From: Sedimentisphaerales bacterium
Lineage (GTDB): Bacteria > Planctomycetota > Phycisphaerae > Sedimentisphaerales > SM23-30
Assembly: GCA_016934515.1 (NCBI GenBank)
Contig: JAFGSR010000077.1
Location: forward strand, 1,330-65,329
DNA length: 64,000 bases
Reading direction: 5' to 3'
Positions 61,380-64,000 of the stretch are shown here, piece after piece (position 1 is the stretch's first letter; each line of letters starts with the position of its first letter). A model generated the notes under the pieces. That model was given only the letters and a program-made list of their open reading frames with translations. It ran no database searches and was not told the origin of the DNA. The position numbers and the translations under genes are program-made.

Positions 61380-64000
61380 TCAATGTCCTTTTTCGAAGAA
61401 GAGCCACCCGAGATCCTCTGGATTTACGTTTCCGAGCAAGAGCATGTTTGGCCACGGGCGTCGTGTAATCCAGGCATGTTCGTCGTGGCCTGATACTGTA
61501 CGTTGGACGTTGATCCGCAATGGACCCGGGTTGATCGGGTCGAGGCCTAGCGTCACAAACGGGATACGCATCCAACCTTGCCAGCAGTTCTTTTCCGTGT
61601 GCGTTTCAGAATCGCACGTCAGAAGCAGGTGGGCGAGGTGAGACGGAAATGCTATCCCAGCGCCGGATGCCGAGACGCTAAAATTGAGACATGGCCACAA
61701 CCGTTGCGGTTCAACGGTCAGCAAGAGGCTGGACGCTTTCGCCGACGCCGGATCCTGATCCGTGGAATTGAACAGTAAATAGAACGCCTCGCGGTCATGG
61801 CAACACGCCCATCGGGTTTCGCGACCGTCCGGCATCTTGCCGGTCGGCGGGGAGCACTTTTGCCAGAGAAGCGTGTCGGGCAATTCCTCGGGTGTTTTTT
61901 TCACTTGTTGAGCGATATTGGCGCAGTAAAGAGAACGGGCCGTCGGTCCCGTTGGTACGCGGCCGGTATACTCGGCGAAAACATCTTCGCCACGTTCGAT
62001 CATGCGTTCGAGCGAGGGAATCTCCGTATCGAGAAGCCCCTGCAACTGGTTCATACGCCAACGGATTTTTTCGGGGAAGTACTTGTAGCCCTCGGCTTCG
62101 GAGTGGAAGCCCAGTCGTGAGTCGCGTCGGCACAACTCGATCAATTTTTTGCCGCTCTTCAACTCCGCCTCCACGATGGGACGTAATTCTTTGAGCGTTG
62201 TGAGCTGTTCCGCCGGTTTTTCATGAGTCATGCGTTCGCGCAGGTCGTAGAATCGCAAGATGTTCAAACCGCTGTGGAATTGGATACCAAGGGCCCTTGC
62301 TATACCGATGTCCAGACGCCGTTGTGGGGACAGTGCAGGTTCCGCATCGATGTGCTGAAGGATTTCGACGCCTCGGTCCCAGCGGTCGCTCATCATCCGG
62401 CACGACTCGACGGCCTCGGCCAAGGTATATGACTGTCCCAAGCAATCGCCGATCCGGTCGCCGCTGGGCGGATATGGCTGGTTCGTCCACACCGATATCT
62501 GCCAGGTGGGCGTTAGCGGAGCGTTCTGCGGACGCAGCAGCAACGGCCAAACCACCCCGTCGTGCATTGGTCCATAGTATTGGAAATGATTGGTCAAGGG
62601 GAAGTTTCCGTAACCTTCGGCAAACAGACGCCAAGCCTGGACCACCTTGTCGGTATGTTTTCCCCATTCCGTGCTCGCCAGTTCGTGCAGGAACTCGTCC
62701 TCGGTCTTCGGAAACGGTTCGAAGGAGAGCTCGCCGACGGCTTTGTTCATCACACCGGGATAGTTTCCGAAGTACCAGCAAAGCATTACGTGTGTGACGC
62801 CCAACTCGTGCATGGCGCGGAATTTCCGATAGAGGTTCCCCGGAACCGGTACAAACGGCACGGTAGCCAACTCGTGCGAGCAGCCGGTCTGAATCTTGGC
62901 CGACATCGGCGAGCCGGCTTTTTGTATCGCATAGGCCATGCGTTCAAACCGTGGGCTGGGACCCGGCGTGGAAAGCCAATAGTCGCCGCCTTTGCGTCCT
63001 CGGCCGAAAACCTCTTTCACCACGCCTGATTCAAAGTTAAACTGAAGTACGACGTTGTCCGGCAGATACTTCGGAATTTCATAGACCCAGTCGGCTAGAT
63101 CCGTGTCGCTCCATATGCCGGGCATGTAGAGCCACGCAATCAACTCGGCGTCCGGGTTGGCGTCGTGAATACCCCGGGCCATGGGCGAGAGTGATTGGCG
63201 AAGAATTTCCCCCGGCTCTTTCTTTGCACAAACGGGGCAGGCGGTCCTCGCGTTGATGTTAGCAGCAAGCGAACTCAGGCAGGTAGTCTGACGCTCGCCG
63301 AAGCTGATATTAATCATTCCGCCCAAATGCGGAACCGCCGCAAAAATGCTGTTTGTTGCCTCATAGAGATACTTCTGTGCCGCCTCGGACCCCGGGCAGA
63401 ACAAGCCATTCGCGGCGATCAGTTCCGGATACTTTTCGGAAGCGGGGAAGGTCCAGCTCGCAGGTTCAATCGCGAAAATATAAACACGGATCCCGTAGCG
63501 TCTGCACTTTTCCACGGTTTTTCGCAGCTTGTCCAGCTGGCGTTCCGCGTTTTTGCCGAACTCCGGAACAATGCTCGTTTTGCACAAATTTTTGAACTGA
63601 ACGCTCAGCCACAGACCGTTGATTCCCTCGTGTGCTATGCGGTTGAGGTACTGATCGGGGTAATAGTCCACGTCGTCCATCAGTTCGTCGCGGTTCCTGG
63701 GCGGTCGATTGATTGGGCCGAAGAAGCAACGGGAGATTCGGGACTTGATGAACGGTTTCCGCTCGATCGTTCCCAGCGGGAGGAACGGCCCCCCGGCACG
63801 GAGCATCATGTCTTCGATGTAAAATATCCCGCGACGAATGCCTTCCGTATCGGCGGCTAGAATCCGGCAGCGGTCTGAAGTCACCTCGATCCGGTAGGCT
63901 TCGAAGGTGGTGGTTTCCGCCTTGGCGATTTCAATCACGAAGGGACCGTTTTGTGGAACCTTGCCAGCCGCCAGGAAGTCGGAAAAATCGGCATAGGCTG
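61380..64000 (-). CDS. large glycoside-hydrolase-like protein (GH20b/GH67-type N-domain, TIM-barrel-like core, CBM9/DOMON-like C-terminus); 5'-partial
   Basis: The ORF track starts at GTG 63938, but the frame stays open to the window edge (..AYADFSDFLAAGKVPQNGPF-VIEIAK..). Recognisable blocks are YRIEVTSDRCRILAADTEGIRRGIFYIEDMM and GINGLWLS..RYGIRVYIFAIEP. Function is uncertain. Confidence 0.5.
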   Translation of the reverse strand, partial: AYADFSDFLAAGKVPQNGPFVIEIAKAETTTFEAYRIEVTSDRCRILAADTEGIRRGIFYIEDMMLRAGGPFLPLGTIERKPFIKSRISRCFFGPINRPPRNRDELMDDVDYYPDQYLNRIAHEGINGLWLSVQFKNLCKTSIVPEFGKNAERQLDKLRKTVEKCRRYGIRVYIFAIEPASWTFPASEKYPELIAANGLFCPGSEAAQKYLYEATNSIFAAVPHLGGMINISFGERQTTCLSSLAANINARTACPVCAKKEPGEILRQSLSPMARGIHDANPDAELIAWLYMPGIWSDTDLADWVYEIPKYLPDNVVLQFNFESGVVKEVFGRGRKGGDYWLSTPGPSPRFERMAYAIQKAGSPMSAKIQTGCSHELATVPFVPVPGNLYRKFRAMHELGVTHVMLCWYFGNYPGVMNKAVGELSFEPFPKTEDEFLHELASTEWGKHTDKVVQAWRLFAEGYGNFPLTNHFQYYGPMHDGVVWPLLLRPQNAPLTPTWQISVWTNQPYPPSGDRIGDCLGQSYTLAEAVESCRMMSDRWDRGVEILQHIDAEPALSPQRRLDIGIARALGIQFHSGLNILRFYDLRERMTHEKPAEQLTTLKELRPIVEAELKSGKKLIELCRRDSRLGFHSEAEGYKYFPEKIRWRMNQLQGLLDTEIPSLERMIERGEDVFAEYTGRVPTGPTARSLYCANIAQQVKKTPEELPDTLLWQKCSPPTGKMPDGRETRWACCHDREAFYLLFNSTDQDPASAKASSLLLTVEPQRLWPCLNFSVSASGAGIAFPSHLAHLLLTCDSETHTEKNCWQGWMRIPFVTLGLDPINPGPLRINVQRTVSGHDEHAWITRRPWPNMLLLGNVNPEDLGWLFFEKGH

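Overview
This is a gene-dense 64-kb chromosomal window with about 42 protein genes and one tRNA-Arg. I found no rRNA and no CRISPR array. All calls come from reading the sequence and ORF track by eye; no searches were run, so family names are motif-level recognitions.

Gene content suggests an anaerobic glycan-degrading bacterium, plausibly in the PVC superphylum (Planctomycetota/Phycisphaerae-like). The relevant genes are TAT-signal Gfo/Idh/MocA and GH109-like enzymes, GH29 and GH95-like fucosidases, RhaT/RhaM, a dockerin-like tail, B12-dependent NrdJ, and radical-SAM and BCR/HAD-type enzymes. The taxonomy is a guess only.

Layout:
- 1-11 kb: accD 5' end, a degenerate histidine-phosphatase-fold protein, a BshB1-like deacetylase with a GT4 glycosyltransferase, an S9 peptidase, an ECF sigma / anti-sigma / PD40 lipoprotein group, truA and asd.
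- 11-13.8 kb: repeat-laden non-coding DNA around an AbiEi/AbiEii module.
- 13.8-24.5 kb: a B12-binding radical SAM, an MtaA-like URO-D protein, a TetR regulator, a roughly 1500-aa activase-BCR/HAD fusion (PlsA/Ger-like) and a Tes/GDGT-MAS-type radical SAM.
- 24.5-31.2 kb: maf, DUF192, a PP2C phosphatase, nrdJ and a VOC protein.
- 31.4-52.5 kb: a minus-strand glycan-utilisation island with two more MtaA-like paralogs, a DUF1638-hydantoinase fusion and an AraC regulator.
- 53-64 kb: an acidic protein, a 1451-aa C1 peptidase, a clan GH-A hydrolase, tRNA-Arg, an integrase remnant and a 5'-partial GH-like gene.

Top finding: the PlsA/Ger-like fusion and the Tes/GDGT-MAS-type radical SAM lie side by side, making a candidate bacterial ether / membrane-spanning lipid locus.

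Cross-cutting observations:
- Short hairpin and 'word-doubling' repeat modules are shuffled through nearly every larger intergenic region. Two of these insertions lie inside likely operons.
- A roughly 50-nt consensus-promoter module is duplicated.
- A very strong strand G/C asymmetry flips sign abruptly, once inside asd.
- That asymmetry also explains the many long L/P/H/Q/R-rich antisense ORFs in the track, which I reject as genes.
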